NCBI GenBank assembly: GCA_965226435.1
Contig: CBDDCY010000008.1
Span: 342,925 to 406,924 of the forward strand
Source of the DNA: Bryobacterales bacterium
GTDB taxonomy: Bacteria > Acidobacteriota > Terriglobia > Bryobacterales > UBA6623
Length of the DNA: 64,000 nucleotides
Direction of reading: 5' to 3'
Made by a program: the position numbers and the translations under genes. This document shows positions 41,804-51,338 of the stretch, in pieces; the stretch's first letter is position 1, and each line of letters begins with the position of its first letter. The notes beneath the pieces were generated by a model. It had not been told where the DNA came from, searched no databases, and saw nothing but the letters and a program-made list of their open reading frames with translations.

Positions 41804-43252
41804 CTACCCCGCGAAGCCCCCGGTCTTCTCAAAAGCGTCGGCGACCCGCAGCATCTTCGCTTCCTCGAAGTGGCTCGTAAGAATCTGCATGCCCACCGGC
41901 AACCCCGCCGACGACGTGCCGCACGGCACGCTGACCCCCGCGATCCCCGCCAAACTGGCCGTGATCGTATAGATGTCGGAGAGATACATTTCCAGCGGGT
42001 CCGCCGTCTTCTCCCCCAATTTGAACGCCGGGAAGGGCGATACCGGCGTCACGATCGCATCCACTTGTTCAAAAGCCTTGGTGAAGTCGGCCGCAATCAG
42101 AGCGCGCACTTTCTGTGCTTTCAAATAGTAGGCGTCGTAGTAGCCCGCGCTGAGAACGTAGGTGCCCAAAATGATGCGGCGCTTCACCTCGGCCCCGAAC
42201 CCCTCGCCCCGCGTGTTGCGGTACATCTGATCCAGGCTCTCCGCGTCCTTCGCGCGCGTGGTGTAGCGCACTCCGTCATAGCGGGCCAGGTTGGCGCTCG
42301 CCTCGGCGGTACAAATCAAATAGTACGAGGCGACAGCATATTCCGTGTTGGGCAGGCTGATGTCGACGACCTCGCAGCCCAGTTTCTTGAGGACGTCGAG
42401 TCCGTGCTGAATACGTCCGCCGACTTCCGCGTCCAGGCCGTCGCCGAAGTATTCCTTCGGTACGCCGATCTTCAGCCCCTTGACATGGCCGCTCAACGCG
42501 GCGGCGTAATCATCGACCGGCGCTGCCGCCGAGGTGGCGTCCATGGGGTCACGGCCGGAGATCACTTGCAAAAGCGTCGCCGAATCCTTCACCGTCCGCG
42601 AAAACGGTCCAATGTGATCGAGCGAGCTGGCGAAGGCCGTCAAGCCGTAGCGAGAGACGCGGCCGTAGGTGGGCAGCACGCCGACCACTCCGCAAAATGA
42701 CGCCGGTTGCCGAATAGAGCCCCCGGTGTCGGAGCCCAGTGAGATAGGCACGAAACCGCCCGCGACCGCCGCGGCCGACCCCCCGCTCGAGCCTCCCGGC
42801 ACGCGGTCGGGAGCGGCCGGATTCCTCACCGGAAAGAACGCCGAGTTCTCGTTGGACGACCCCATCGCGAATTCGTCGCAGTTGGTCTTCCCGATGATGA
42901 CCGCGCCCGCTTCCTTGATGCGAGTGATCGCCGTGGCGTCATACTGAGCGACGTAATTTTCGAGCAATCGCGACGCACAAGTCGTCTTCAGACCTTCGGT
43001 GAGAATCACGTCCTTGACGGCAATCGGCACGCCGGACAACTTCCCCAGCGGCTTTCCCGCCGCCAGATCGGCGTCCACTCGCTCGGCGGCGGCGATCGCT
43101 TGTTCCGGTGAAAAATGCAGAAAGGCTCCGAACTGCTCGTTCTCGGCCTCGGAGACCCGCAGAGCTTCCCGCGCCAGTTCCGTCGCGCTGAAGGTGCCGG
43201 CGGTCAATCCCGATTGCACCGTGTCGATTGTGAGTTGTTTGTAGTTCTCCAT
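41804..43252 (-). CDS. gatA: Asp-tRNA(Asn)/Glu-tRNA(Gln) amidotransferase subunit A
   Basis: 482 aa. Amidase signature GGSSGGSAAAVA and typical GatA N- and C-termini. Confidence 0.95.
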   Translation of the reverse strand: MENYKQLTIDTVQSGLTAGTFSATELAREALRVSEAENEQFGAFLHFSPEQAIAAAERVDADLAAGKPLGKLSGVPIAVKDVILTEGLKTTCASRLLENYVAQYDATAITRIKEAGAVIIGKTNCDEFAMGSSNENSAFFPVRNPAAPDRVPGGSSGGSAAAVAGGFVPISLGSDTGGSIRQPASFCGVVGVLPTYGRVSRYGLTAFASSLDHIGPFSRTVKDSATLLQVISGRDPMDATSAAAPVDDYAAALSGHVKGLKIGVPKEYFGDGLDAEVGGRIQHGLDVLKKLGCEVVDISLPNTEYAVASYYLICTAEASANLARYDGVRYTTRAKDAESLDQMYRNTRGEGFGAEVKRRIILGTYVLSAGYYDAYYLKAQKVRALIAADFTKAFEQVDAIVTPVSPFPAFKLGEKTADPLEMYLSDIYTITASLAGIAGVSVPCGTSSAGLPVGMQILTSHFEEAKMLRVADAFEKTGGFAG

Positions 43253-43371
43253 CGCGGGCCGGCGTCTCGTCGGACGGGCGCATGGCTGTCGATTCGGGCA
43301 GGGTACGCAGCCTCCGGCGGAAGGCTCGAGGCGAGACGAAATGTTTGTGCCGCCGCCGTCCTACCGCTCGC

Positions 43372-43671
43372 CTACCGTTCAATGACGCGCGGAACCTTAA
43401 ACTGCCCCGCGCCCGATTGAGGCGCCGAACGCAGCGCGACATCCCGGTCGAAACTCTCGCGGTGTTCGTCCGCTCGCAACGTCGACGTTTCGCTCCCCGC
43501 GTAGATTACCTGCGCCATCGGCTCGACTTCGGAGGTATCCAGTTCGTCGAGTTTCTCCACGTAGGTCAGGATCTCTTCCAAGTCGGCGGCATACTTGTGT
43601 ACTTCGTCCTCGGTCAACGTCAAATTCCCGAGGTCGGCGATATACCGCACTTCCTTTTCGGTGATTTTCAC
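43372..43671 (-). CDS. gatC: Asp-tRNA(Asn)/Glu-tRNA(Gln) amidotransferase subunit C
   Basis: 99 aa; MKITEKEVRYIADLGNLTLTEDEV...LDELDTSEVEPM is typical GatC. Located upstream of gatA. Confidence 0.9.
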   Translation of the reverse strand: MKITEKEVRYIADLGNLTLTEDEVHKYAADLEEILTYVEKLDELDTSEVEPMAQVIYAGSETSTLRADEHRESFDRDVALRSAPQSGAGQFKVPRVIER

Positions 43672-44108
43672 TTGGCTAACGCTTTCTTTTTCGAGCGCCG
43701 GTAGAGGCGGCGCAGGTTCGGGTCGTCGATGCCGGCGGCTTCATCGTTGAGAACTTGGCCGGCGCCGGGAATCTTGCCGGCGGCTGACTCGGCGCGACCC
43801 GGTCCGCGGCGGTTCGGAACCGCGACACGAAAATCGATATCCTCGATCAGGTCCGATCCCATGGCGCGATTCACGTTGGCGGCGATCTTGCGGCTCATTG
43901 ACGCCAATTCGCGCCGCCAGGCCTGCCCCTCCACATCGACAATGAGCCGCTTACCCAACAGCCGTATCGGCCGCGCGTTCGCGGCGATCCTCGGACCCAC
44001 CGCCCCCGCCCAGCAGGAGCAGGCGAGTTGCTCGGTTTCTTCCTCCGCGAAACCGCGCTCACGGCGAAATGCGTCCGGAAGAATCTCTCGAATGGAGTCC
44101 AAAACCAA
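43668..44108 (-). CDS. DUF721 (DciA-like) domain protein
   Basis: 146 aa. W..AVGP.IA....P..L....L.V.V....W..EL pattern (CWAGAVGPRIAANARPIRLLGKRLIVDVEGQAWRRELA). Confidence 0.65.
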   Translation of the reverse strand: MVLDSIREILPDAFRRERGFAEEETEQLACSCWAGAVGPRIAANARPIRLLGKRLIVDVEGQAWRRELASMSRKIAANVNRAMGSDLIEDIDFRVAVPNRRGPGRAESAAGKIPGAGQVLNDEAAGIDDPNLRRLYRRSKKKALAK

Positions 44109-44207
44109 TGCCTCGAAGTAGCGACGGAAGGGTCTATTCTATCACGCGCGCGGCCGGCCGCCCTCGACCCGCCCGAGCCTCCCGAAGCACGCTTGGCGCG
44201 GCGTGCT

Positions 44208-44807
44208 TTAGCCCTCGTGCTCGCGCACCATCTGCTCCAAAGCAACCCGCAGGCAAATCTGGTTGTGGATGTAATCGACGAGGTTCGTCCCCAGGCCTCG
44301 CAGCCTCTTCTCGACAGCCGGGTCCAAGCAAACGCCCTGTTCATCGAATACTTTGTGGACAGCGGCGATCGACACCGGTCCCGGTAACACAATCGCCCCC
44401 ACGTGCGAACAGACGCTGCGAAGGTGCTCCAGCGACTTGATGGCGCCAATCGCGCCGGCGGCGACGCCGAGCAACGCAACCGGTTTGCCGCTCAGAACCG
44501 ACGGATACCCCAACTGCTCGATGAAAAGCTTGATCACGCTGCTGTAGCTGCCGTGGTACTCCGGCGTGGCCAAGACAATCCCGGTCGCCGCGGTCACCTT
44601 GGCCTGCAACTCCTCCATGGTCGAGCGATCACCGGCCGTGCCCGGCAGCGCCATCCGGAGCAGGGCCGGGTCGATGACATCGACCGCGACGTTGCCGCGC
44701 GACCGGATCTCGTCGGCGACGTAAGCCAGCGCCTTGGCGGTTTGGTTTCCCGGCCGCACGCTGCCGCCCGCGCACAGCACTCGGAATTCTCCTGAGGTTG
44801 AAGTCAT
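44208..44807 (-). CDS. NADPH-dependent FMN reductase family protein
   Basis: 199 aa flavodoxin-like fold (GSVRPGNQTAKAL...ATPEYHGSYSSVIK). A hairpin AGCACGC-N8-GCGTGCT lies just downstream, around 44178-44199. Confidence 0.8.
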   Translation of the reverse strand: MTSTSGEFRVLCAGGSVRPGNQTAKALAYVADEIRSRGNVAVDVIDPALLRMALPGTAGDRSTMEELQAKVTAATGIVLATPEYHGSYSSVIKLFIEQLGYPSVLSGKPVALLGVAAGAIGAIKSLEHLRSVCSHVGAIVLPGPVSIAAVHKVFDEQGVCLDPAVEKRLRGLGTNLVDYIHNQICLRVALEQMVREHEG

Positions 44808-44858
44808 CGGTTCCTCCCGAAAGCAGTGACGCCCTCCCGGTCGCGGCCCCCGGTCGGG

Positions 44859-45239
44859 CTAATTGTCGTGGTAATAGACGAACTCGATCACATGCCCATC
44901 GGGATCGCGGCAAAAGATCTGATCCATCCCCAAGTTGGTGTTGCCGCCCTCGCCGTACTCGATGCCGTTATCGTCGAGGATCTTCTTGACCGCCTCGACA
45001 CTCCGCACTTCCAGCGCCATGTGATCGGACTGACCGAGCCCGTGGGCGCCTTTTTCGGCGTTCGAAGATTCAGCGATGAGATGCAGTTGCCGGTCGCCGA
45101 TCGCATACCAAGCCCCGGAGAACCGGAAGCCCGGCCTCTCGATTTCCGGCAAACCCAACACGCCGCCGAAAAACCGTTTCGAAACCTCCAGATCCTGAAT
45201 CGCGAAAGAGACATGGTGCAGCTTGACAAGATCGATCAT
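44859..45239 (-). CDS. VOC (glyoxalase/bleomycin-resistance/dioxygenase) family protein
   Basis: ATG at 45239 preceded by GGGAGG. MIDLVKLHHVSFAIQDLEVSKRFF...HMALEV...DPDGHVIEF. Confidence 0.8.
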   Translation of the reverse strand: MIDLVKLHHVSFAIQDLEVSKRFFGGVLGLPEIERPGFRFSGAWYAIGDRQLHLIAESSNAEKGAHGLGQSDHMALEVRSVEAVKKILDDNGIEYGEGGNTNLGMDQIFCRDPDGHVIEFVYYHDN

Positions 45240-45493
45240 GGCAACCTCCCGAGCAGCCTCCGGCACTCGCCCCCACAGCATAGCCGCTGAGGGAGACAGC
45301 CGCAAACCAGCGCCTGCCGCACCCTGCTCGCCTCAACGACGTCTCTGTAGAACATGACCGCTATCTTGCCGAAGCGATCCTCCCGGAAACAACGACGGGC
45401 TCGGATTCCCCGGAATCGGAGTCGGATGCCGCTGCGGTACCGCCCCGACGCATCCGAAGGTAACCTCTCACAACCTTGATAAGGTATAGGAAT

Positions 45494-46936
45494 ATGACCC
45501 CCGAGCAGGTCAGCGCGGTCGTCAATGAGATCCGCGAAGGCGTCAAGGCGCGTCACGAAAAAACCGTCCCCGAGCTGCCTGATTTCAGGCTTCCCGGCCT
45601 CGACTCGCTCGGTTATGCCCGCGATGTGTCTGAGGCAAAAGTCGCCGCCATCGGGACCGTCAACCCTCGCCCTCCAGGGTTCGTCAACAATCTGATTCAG
45701 GCCGCGAAGCGCCGTATTGCCCGTGCGCTCAACTGGTTCATTCGTGATCAGGTCGACTTCAATCAAGCCGTTCTACGACACATGGACGCGCAATTGGAGG
45801 TCGCTATTGAGCAAAATCACGCCATTCTGCGTGTTGCACGGTCGGTCGGCGCTCCCGAGTCTGATTTGAAGCACCAAGTCGACGAGATGCTCGACCACTG
45901 GAAACAATGGCGGCCCGCGTTCGAGGAAAAGCTCACCCGCTCCGAGATCGAGTTGCTCCACAGCATCCGAGAAATCGAGGAGGGTGCGCGAGAACGAGAG
46001 CAGGCCGTGGAATCCCGATCCGCCGCCTTGCACCAAGACTACCGCCAAGCCCTCGATCGCGTGAAGGTTGAACACCGCCAAGCCCTCGATCAAACCAATC
46101 GCGAGATCCAAGATCGCTTCTGGAAGGATTTCGAAACCCTCAAGGCCGACCAAGACCGCTTGGTCCACACCGAATTACGTCTGATCCGGCAAAGAACCGC
46201 CGTGCAAGCCCCCCCGGCGAGCCAACGGGAAACCGCGCAACCGGTCGGCGCGAACGTAGCGCCGAGCACTTCTTCGCCGATCCTGTTCGACTACAGTCGC
46301 TTCGAGGAACGGTTCCGCGGTGATGAGAGTTATGTCCGGCAGTCTCAAGCGTTTTACATTCCTTACTTCAAGGATTGCCGTAAGATCGTCGATCTCGGTT
46401 GCGGTCGCGGAGAGTTCCTTCAACTAGCTCGCGAAAACGGCCTCGACGCCGTCGGTGTCGACTCCAACCCCGAGGCCGTCGCCGCCTGCCGCGAAAAGGG
46501 CCTCGATATCCGTCCCCTTGATTTGTTCACTTTTCTTGACGACCAACCGGACGGTTCGTTGGACGGTGTTCTGTGCTCGCACGTCGTCGAACATTTGCCC
46601 GTCAAACGCCTGCCCGAGATGATTCGATTGGTTGCCGCTAAGCTCGAGGCCGGCGGTGTTTTCGCCGTCGAAACCCCCAACCCGGGCTGCTTGGCAATCT
46701 TCGCGGGAGATTTCTACTTGGATCCAACTCATCAACGCCCCGTCCCTTCGCAACAATTGCACTTCTACCTCGAGGAGGCCGGCTTTACTTCGATTGAGAT
46801 TCACGAGAGGCACCCTGCTCCCGAGGCCTTTCCCGAACTAGCGGCGCTCGACGAGATCGAGGGGCTGCGCGAGTTTCGAAGCAAGTTCTTCGGCGGCCTC
46901 GACTACGCCGCCGTGGCGCGGAAGATGAAACTCTGA
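45494..46936 (+). CDS. Class I SAM-dependent methyltransferase with a long N-terminal helical/coiled-coil region
   Basis: ATG at 45494. SAM motif VDLGCGRGEF near residue 310. The N-terminal roughly 250 aa is helical and charged. Confidence 0.75.
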   Translation: MTPEQVSAVVNEIREGVKARHEKTVPELPDFRLPGLDSLGYARDVSEAKVAAIGTVNPRPPGFVNNLIQAAKRRIARALNWFIRDQVDFNQAVLRHMDAQLEVAIEQNHAILRVARSVGAPESDLKHQVDEMLDHWKQWRPAFEEKLTRSEIELLHSIREIEEGAREREQAVESRSAALHQDYRQALDRVKVEHRQALDQTNREIQDRFWKDFETLKADQDRLVHTELRLIRQRTAVQAPPASQRETAQPVGANVAPSTSSPILFDYSRFEERFRGDESYVRQSQAFYIPYFKDCRKIVDLGCGRGEFLQLARENGLDAVGVDSNPEAVAACREKGLDIRPLDLFTFLDDQPDGSLDGVLCSHVVEHLPVKRLPEMIRLVAAKLEAGGVFAVETPNPGCLAIFAGDFYLDPTHQRPVPSQQLHFYLEEAGFTSIEIHERHPAPEAFPELAALDEIEGLREFRSKFFGGLDYAAVARKMKL

Positions 46937-48351
46937 TGGAATTCACCGGAGAGCGGGTCATCCCGGGGCAAACCGACCCTGACCTTCTGAACGAACATAT
47001 CGCCCGCTACGGCTTCGCGGAATCGCTCGTCAGCGAACGAAGGGTGCTCGACGCCGGGTGCGGCGTCGGTTATGGCGCCAAGCGTTTGGCCCGCCGAGCG
47101 ACGTCGGTCGCGGCCGTCGATGTCGCCTTGGAGCCGTTACGCCTGTGTCGCTCCGAGTACGGGGCCGCCAATGTCAGCCAATGCCAAGGCGACTGCGCCC
47201 GATTGCCGTTCGCCTCGGAATCCTTCGACGTCGTGGTTGCCTTCGAGGCCATCGAACATCTCGAGGATCCCGGAGCCTTTCTCGATGAGACGGCTCGGGT
47301 CCTGGTTCCGTCGGGCCAATTGATCGTCTCGACGCCTAATCGCGACTACTACGCCGAATCGCGCGCTGAAGCCAATCCTTTTCACGTTCGGGAATTCAAC
47401 TACGTCGAGTTTCGCGAAGAACTTGAACAGCGATTTCCCCACGTAACCTTGTTTCTGGAAAACCACAACAACGCCATCACGTTCACTCCTCTCGAGGTCA
47501 AGGGGGTGCGGACAACACTCGAAACCGCCGTCCCCGAGCCCGCGCAAGCCCATTTTTTCGTCGCCGTCTGCTCGAGGCAGCCGCTGTATGGTTCGCCGGC
47601 TTTTGTCTATCTGCCGCAATCGGGCAATGTGTTGCGAGACCGCGAGAAACATATTCACCTGCTCAAACAAGAGGTGATACAAAAAGAGCAGTGGCTGGCC
47701 GAGACGACGAAAGAGCTAAAGCAGCTCGACGAAATCCATCGTGCCGAACAGCGCGAAGCGCAAGAAGCCATCACCGCTCTTGAAAAAGAGAACGAAGAGA
47801 AGGTCCGTTGGGCGAAGCAGATCAAAGCTCGGTTCGACAAAGAGCTACTCCAGCGAACGAAATGGGCTGAGTCGCTCGAGGCCGATGTGGAGGAGGCGCG
47901 AGATAACTTCGCCCGTCTCGAAACCGAGCGCGACGAAATCGTCGCGAAATTGAGAGCGCTGTTGGAGGGGGCCGAAGCGCAGGCTGCCGAGCTTGAAAAA
48001 GAGAACGAAGAGAAGGTCCGTTGGGCGAAGCAGATCAAAGCTCGGTTCGACAAAGAGCTACTCCAGCGAACGAAATGGGCTGAGTCGCTCGAGGCCGATG
48101 TGGAGGAGGCGCGAGATAACTTCGCCCGTCTCGAAACCGAGCGCGACGAAATCGTCGCGAAATTGAGAGCGCTGTTGGAGGGGGCCGAAGCGCAGGCTGC
48201 CGAGCGAACCGAATGGGCCCAGCGCCTCGACCGTGAGCTGGCTGAAGCCCGCGAGCAGTTGGCGAAGATATACGGCTCGCTCGCCTATCGCTTGGGAAAG
48301 CGTGTGGGCCTGGCCCCGCTGCCGCCGGCACCCAAAACCGAACGCAAGTGA
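46936..48351 (+). CDS. Class I SAM-dependent methyltransferase with a C-terminal coiled coil containing a perfect 71-aa tandem duplication
   Basis: The start overlaps the upstream stop (TGATG). N-terminal MTase domain (VLDAGCGVGYG, FDVVVAFEAIEHL). The C-terminal heptad-rich region holds two identical 71-aa units. Confidence 0.8.
   Translation: MEFTGERVIPGQTDPDLLNEHIARYGFAESLVSERRVLDAGCGVGYGAKRLARRATSVAAVDVALEPLRLCRSEYGAANVSQCQGDCARLPFASESFDVVVAFEAIEHLEDPGAFLDETARVLVPSGQLIVSTPNRDYYAESRAEANPFHVREFNYVEFREELEQRFPHVTLFLENHNNAITFTPLEVKGVRTTLETAVPEPAQAHFFVAVCSRQPLYGSPAFVYLPQSGNVLRDREKHIHLLKQEVIQKEQWLAETTKELKQLDEIHRAEQREAQEAITALEKENEEKVRWAKQIKARFDKELLQRTKWAESLEADVEEARDNFARLETERDEIVAKLRALLEGAEAQAAELEKENEEKVRWAKQIKARFDKELLQRTKWAESLEADVEEARDNFARLETERDEIVAKLRALLEGAEAQAAERTEWAQRLDRELAEAREQLAKIYGSLAYRLGKRVGLAPLPPAPKTERK
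47779..48204 (+). repeat. Perfect tandem duplication, 2 x 213 bp, inside the methyltransferase coiled-coil region
   Basis: 47779-47991 and 47992-48204 are identical when read base by base. The unit encodes LEKENEEKVRWAKQIKARFDKELLQRTKWAESLEADVEEARDNFARLETERDEIVAKLRALLEGAEAQAAE. Confidence 0.9.
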
Positions 48352-49271
48352 GGGGTCAAACGCAAAGCAATTCGCGAGATCTAAAAACTTCGTCTCCCCC
48401 CGTGCCCACCCCCCAAGCAAATGTCTCACCGGCTCGGCCGACCGCTCTCGGCCTCCTCCTGGTCGCCTGCCTCCTGCTCGCCGTCGGTTGCGGCGGCAAG
48501 AAGCGTGTGAAGCTGCCTCCGCCCGTTCCCGCCCAACTCGGCTGGACGCAACAAGGCATCGCCAGCTGGTACGGCCGACCCTACCACGGCCGCATCACCA
48601 GCAACGGCGAGCGTTACGACATGAACAAGATCTCGGCCGCCCACAAACGCCTGCCCTTCGATACCTGGGTCCGCGTCAAGAATCTCAACAACAAGAAGAC
48701 CGTCGATGTGCGCATCAATGATCGCGGCCCGTTCGTCAAGGGCCGCATTATCGATCTGTCGCGAGCCGCGGCCAAGAAAATCGAGATGATCGGTCCGGGA
48801 ACCGCGCGCGTGCGGATCGAAGTGGTCGCCACCCCGGGTATGCGATATCGGCCCGGGCGGAGAGGCCGCCGTCGAGAAGCACCGGCCGAGGAGCCGTCGG
48901 CCGCGCCGCCCACCGCGCCCATTCCCGCCGTCGTGCCCGCGGTGGACCTGACGTCAACGCAACCGGAACCCGACCGGGAAGCCGAGCAAGCTGACTCTGA
49001 TCCCTGTGCCGTCGCGGCCTTTTTCGGTGTGCAAGTCGGATCTTTCTTCGTCCTCGAAAACGCTGAATTGCTCTACGACAAGATGGCCGCTCTCCACGGT
49101 GACTCCCGAATCATCGAAAGCAGCCTTGCCGAGGGCACTCGCTATCGCGTCATCGTCGGGCGTTTCGCCGGGCCCGCCGCCGCGCGAGGGCTCAAACAGC
49201 AGTTGGCCGATGCCGGCGTCGACGGGTTCGTCAGTGAGTTTGAGCAGCCGCCGCCACCCGATTGCCTATAA
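48348..49271 (+). CDS. rlpA: Septal ring lytic transglycosylase RlpA family lipoprotein (DPBB plus SPOR domains)
   Basis: Lipobox LLAVGC; DPBB motif GIASWYGRPYHGRITSNGERYD...VRINDRGPFVKGRIIDLS; C-terminal SPOR-like FGVQVGSF...RYRVIVGRF. Confidence 0.85.
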   Translation: MRGQTQSNSRDLKTSSPPVPTPQANVSPARPTALGLLLVACLLLAVGCGGKKRVKLPPPVPAQLGWTQQGIASWYGRPYHGRITSNGERYDMNKISAAHKRLPFDTWVRVKNLNNKKTVDVRINDRGPFVKGRIIDLSRAAAKKIEMIGPGTARVRIEVVATPGMRYRPGRRGRRREAPAEEPSAAPPTAPIPAVVPAVDLTSTQPEPDREAEQADSDPCAVAAFFGVQVGSFFVLENAELLYDKMAALHGDSRIIESSLAEGTRYRVIVGRFAGPAAARGLKQQLADAGVDGFVSEFEQPPPPDCL

Positions 49272-49346
49272 TAAGTCGTTAGTTATCACGGTCGGCATCG
49301 AAAACCGCCGTTACGACATTTCTGAAGATCCCTTAAACAACCTTCC

Positions 49347-50339
49347 GTGCAACAGAACCTGTTGTTCGACGACGCGCCCAACGACTTTGGACTGATCGGC
49401 CGTTCCCCGCGGATCCAACGCGTCCTGCGAACTATTCGAAAACTGCATAACGATTCGTCAACCGTCCTCATCACCGGAGAGAGCGGCGTCGGCAAGGAGC
49501 TTGCGGCGCGGGCTCTTCATGCCGTCTCTTCGTTGTCGAACAACAAGTTCCTCGCCGTCGATGCGGCCTCGTTGGTCGGTTCGCTCATGGAGAGCGAGCT
49601 GTTCGGTCACACCCGGGGCGCGTTTACCGGCGCTGTGCGCGATAAGCCCGGCCTGGTGCGCGCGGCCGAGGGCGGCACCCTTTTTCTCGATGAAATTGGC
49701 GAGTTGAGCTCGGATTTGCAGGCCAAGTTGCTGCGGCTATTGCAGGAAAAAGAGGTCCGGCCGATCGGCTCCACTCATCCCGTCCGCGTCAACGTCCGTA
49801 TTCTCGCGGCCACCAATCGCGACTTGATCGAAGAGGTACGCGCCGGACGATTCCGCAAGGACCTCTATTATCGGCTCTACGTCATCTGTGTCCACATCCC
49901 GCCCTTGCGGGACCGGCGGTACGACATCCCCTTATTGGTCAAGCATTTTTTAGAGAAATATTCGGCCGGACACGTCGTCATCTCCGAGCATGCCGTGGAA
50001 CGTTTCAAGGTTTACGATTGGCCCGAGAATGTACGCGAACTCGAAAACGTCATTCAGAGCATCGTGGCGTTGAAATCCGACCCTCTGATTCACTTGCACG
50101 ACTTGCCCTCGGCGTTAGTCGAGCCGGAAGAAAGGTCGGCGAGCATCGAACAGGGAACCGATATAGTCCCTCTCGCCAACGTCGAAAGACAGCACATCCT
50201 ACACGCCATCGAACACACCCAAGGCGACATGGCAACCGCCGCCAAGCTGTTGGGAATCGGCAAGACGACCCTCTACCGCAAGCTCAAGCAATACCGTACC
50301 GACGACCCCGAACCGACCCAACAAGCGCTGTTCGCCTAG
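49347..50339 (+). CDS. Sigma-54 enhancer-binding protein with no N-terminal sensory/receiver domain (PspF-like architecture)
   Basis: 330 aa. The AAA+ domain begins about 15 residues from the N-terminus ([12 protein letters not shown]...GESGVGKE). GAFTGA loop (HTRGAFTGA) and C-terminal Fis-type HTH ([21 protein letters not shown]). Confidence 0.85.
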   Translation: MQQNLLFDDAPNDFGLIGRSPRIQRVLRTIRKLHNDSSTVLITGESGVGKELAARALHAVSSLSNNKFLAVDAASLVGSLMESELFGHTRGAFTGAVRDKPGLVRAAEGGTLFLDEIGELSSDLQAKLLRLLQEKEVRPIGSTHPVRVNVRILAATNRDLIEEVRAGRFRKDLYYRLYVICVHIPPLRDRRYDIPLLVKHFLEKYSAGHVVISEHAVERFKVYDWPENVRELENVIQSIVALKSDPLIHLHDLPSALVEPEERSASIEQGTDIVPLANVERQHILHAIEHTQGDMATAAKLLGIGKTTLYRKLKQYRTDDPEPTQQALFA

Positions 50340-50419
50340 CTCCCGCGGTGACGGGCCAAGCTGCTCGGGTCACCCCTCCCGGATTAGCCCCGGCCGCTCC
50401 CGAGAAATCGCTCTAAGCT

Positions 50420-51040
50420 ATTGATGTTTTGGACTTCAATTGAAACTTGGCTTCGTTTCGTCAAATTGGCTGGGGCTTGTGCTTGGACTCCTCTTTTGCC
50501 CCTTGCCTGTCCGCGATCTCCTCGCGCGGCCTGCCTGTAAAGCGGGCGGCGGGGACCGGCCGCGGTTGCGCGGGAAGCGCCCGCCGCGCGGTGCTTAGCT
50601 TCACGCGTCCAAGTTATTGATATCACTTGAGTTTCTCGCCCTTTCGTTGCGGGAAATGGGTTCGTTTGGCAAAAAAGGCTTTGAGGCTGGGTTGGGATGC
50701 CGGGCGGAGATCGCTTGGACGGCGGTGGGGCGCGGCGTGAGCGGGGGCCATGGGTGCCGACGGCGGTTTCAGCATCGGGGGCCGCCAAGGAGTCTCGACC
50801 CGCGGGCTCGGGTGTCGGTTTGGCGCTGAAGCTCCCCGTTTGAGAGCGACCGGCCGATGTGCAGGGGTGCTCTTAACATGTTGATATCGTGGTGGATAGA
50901 ATCACCTTGGCTTCGTTTCGCATATTTCGTTTCGCGGCACTTGGTGGGCGGCGTTTCGGTGTATTTTTTCTTTCCTCGGCTTGTTGCTGATGGTTCTGGA
51001 TTTGGGGCCTCGGGCTCAGGATAACGGGCTTGTCAAGGCG
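50420..51040 (+). repeat. Noncoding repeat module B (paralog of 13890-14340); contains three sub-modules of the type TTGAT(A/G)T...GG(C/T)TTCGTTT(C/G)G
   Basis: Sub-modules start near 50421, 50613 and 50881. The core 50881-51036 aligns with 14171-14339. TTGGCTTCGTTTCG occurs at 50447 and 50907. Confidence 0.75.
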
Positions 51041-51164
51041 ATTTTGGCCGAGTTCAGAAGGGGATCGTCGGACCGGGAGTTCGAGAGGTGGGCGCTATCG
51101 TGTGTCCACGATGGCAGCGACCAAATTTTCGTCATAGTCCGAGCAGCACGGCCGCCCCAGGCCC

Positions 51165-51191
51165 CGAACGACCGGTCTTGCCGGTCGTTCG
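51165..51191. other. Strong hairpin (11-bp GC-rich stem, 5-nt loop)
   Basis: CGAACGACCGG-tcttg-CCGGTCGTTCG read directly, flanked on both sides by GCCC. A second imperfect hairpin follows at about 51215-51248. Confidence 0.6.
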
Positions 51192-51338
51192 CCCCGGAGG
51201 AGGTTGCGCGTTGGGACTGGGTCCGGCCCCCCTACGGACCGGCCCAGTATTAATTCGAGGAGCGTTAGATCTGCGTGAACGCCCTTGGAGGGGCTATTGC
51301 GGCGCTGGTTCCAGCGGGCAGGGTGAAGATTCTTTATT

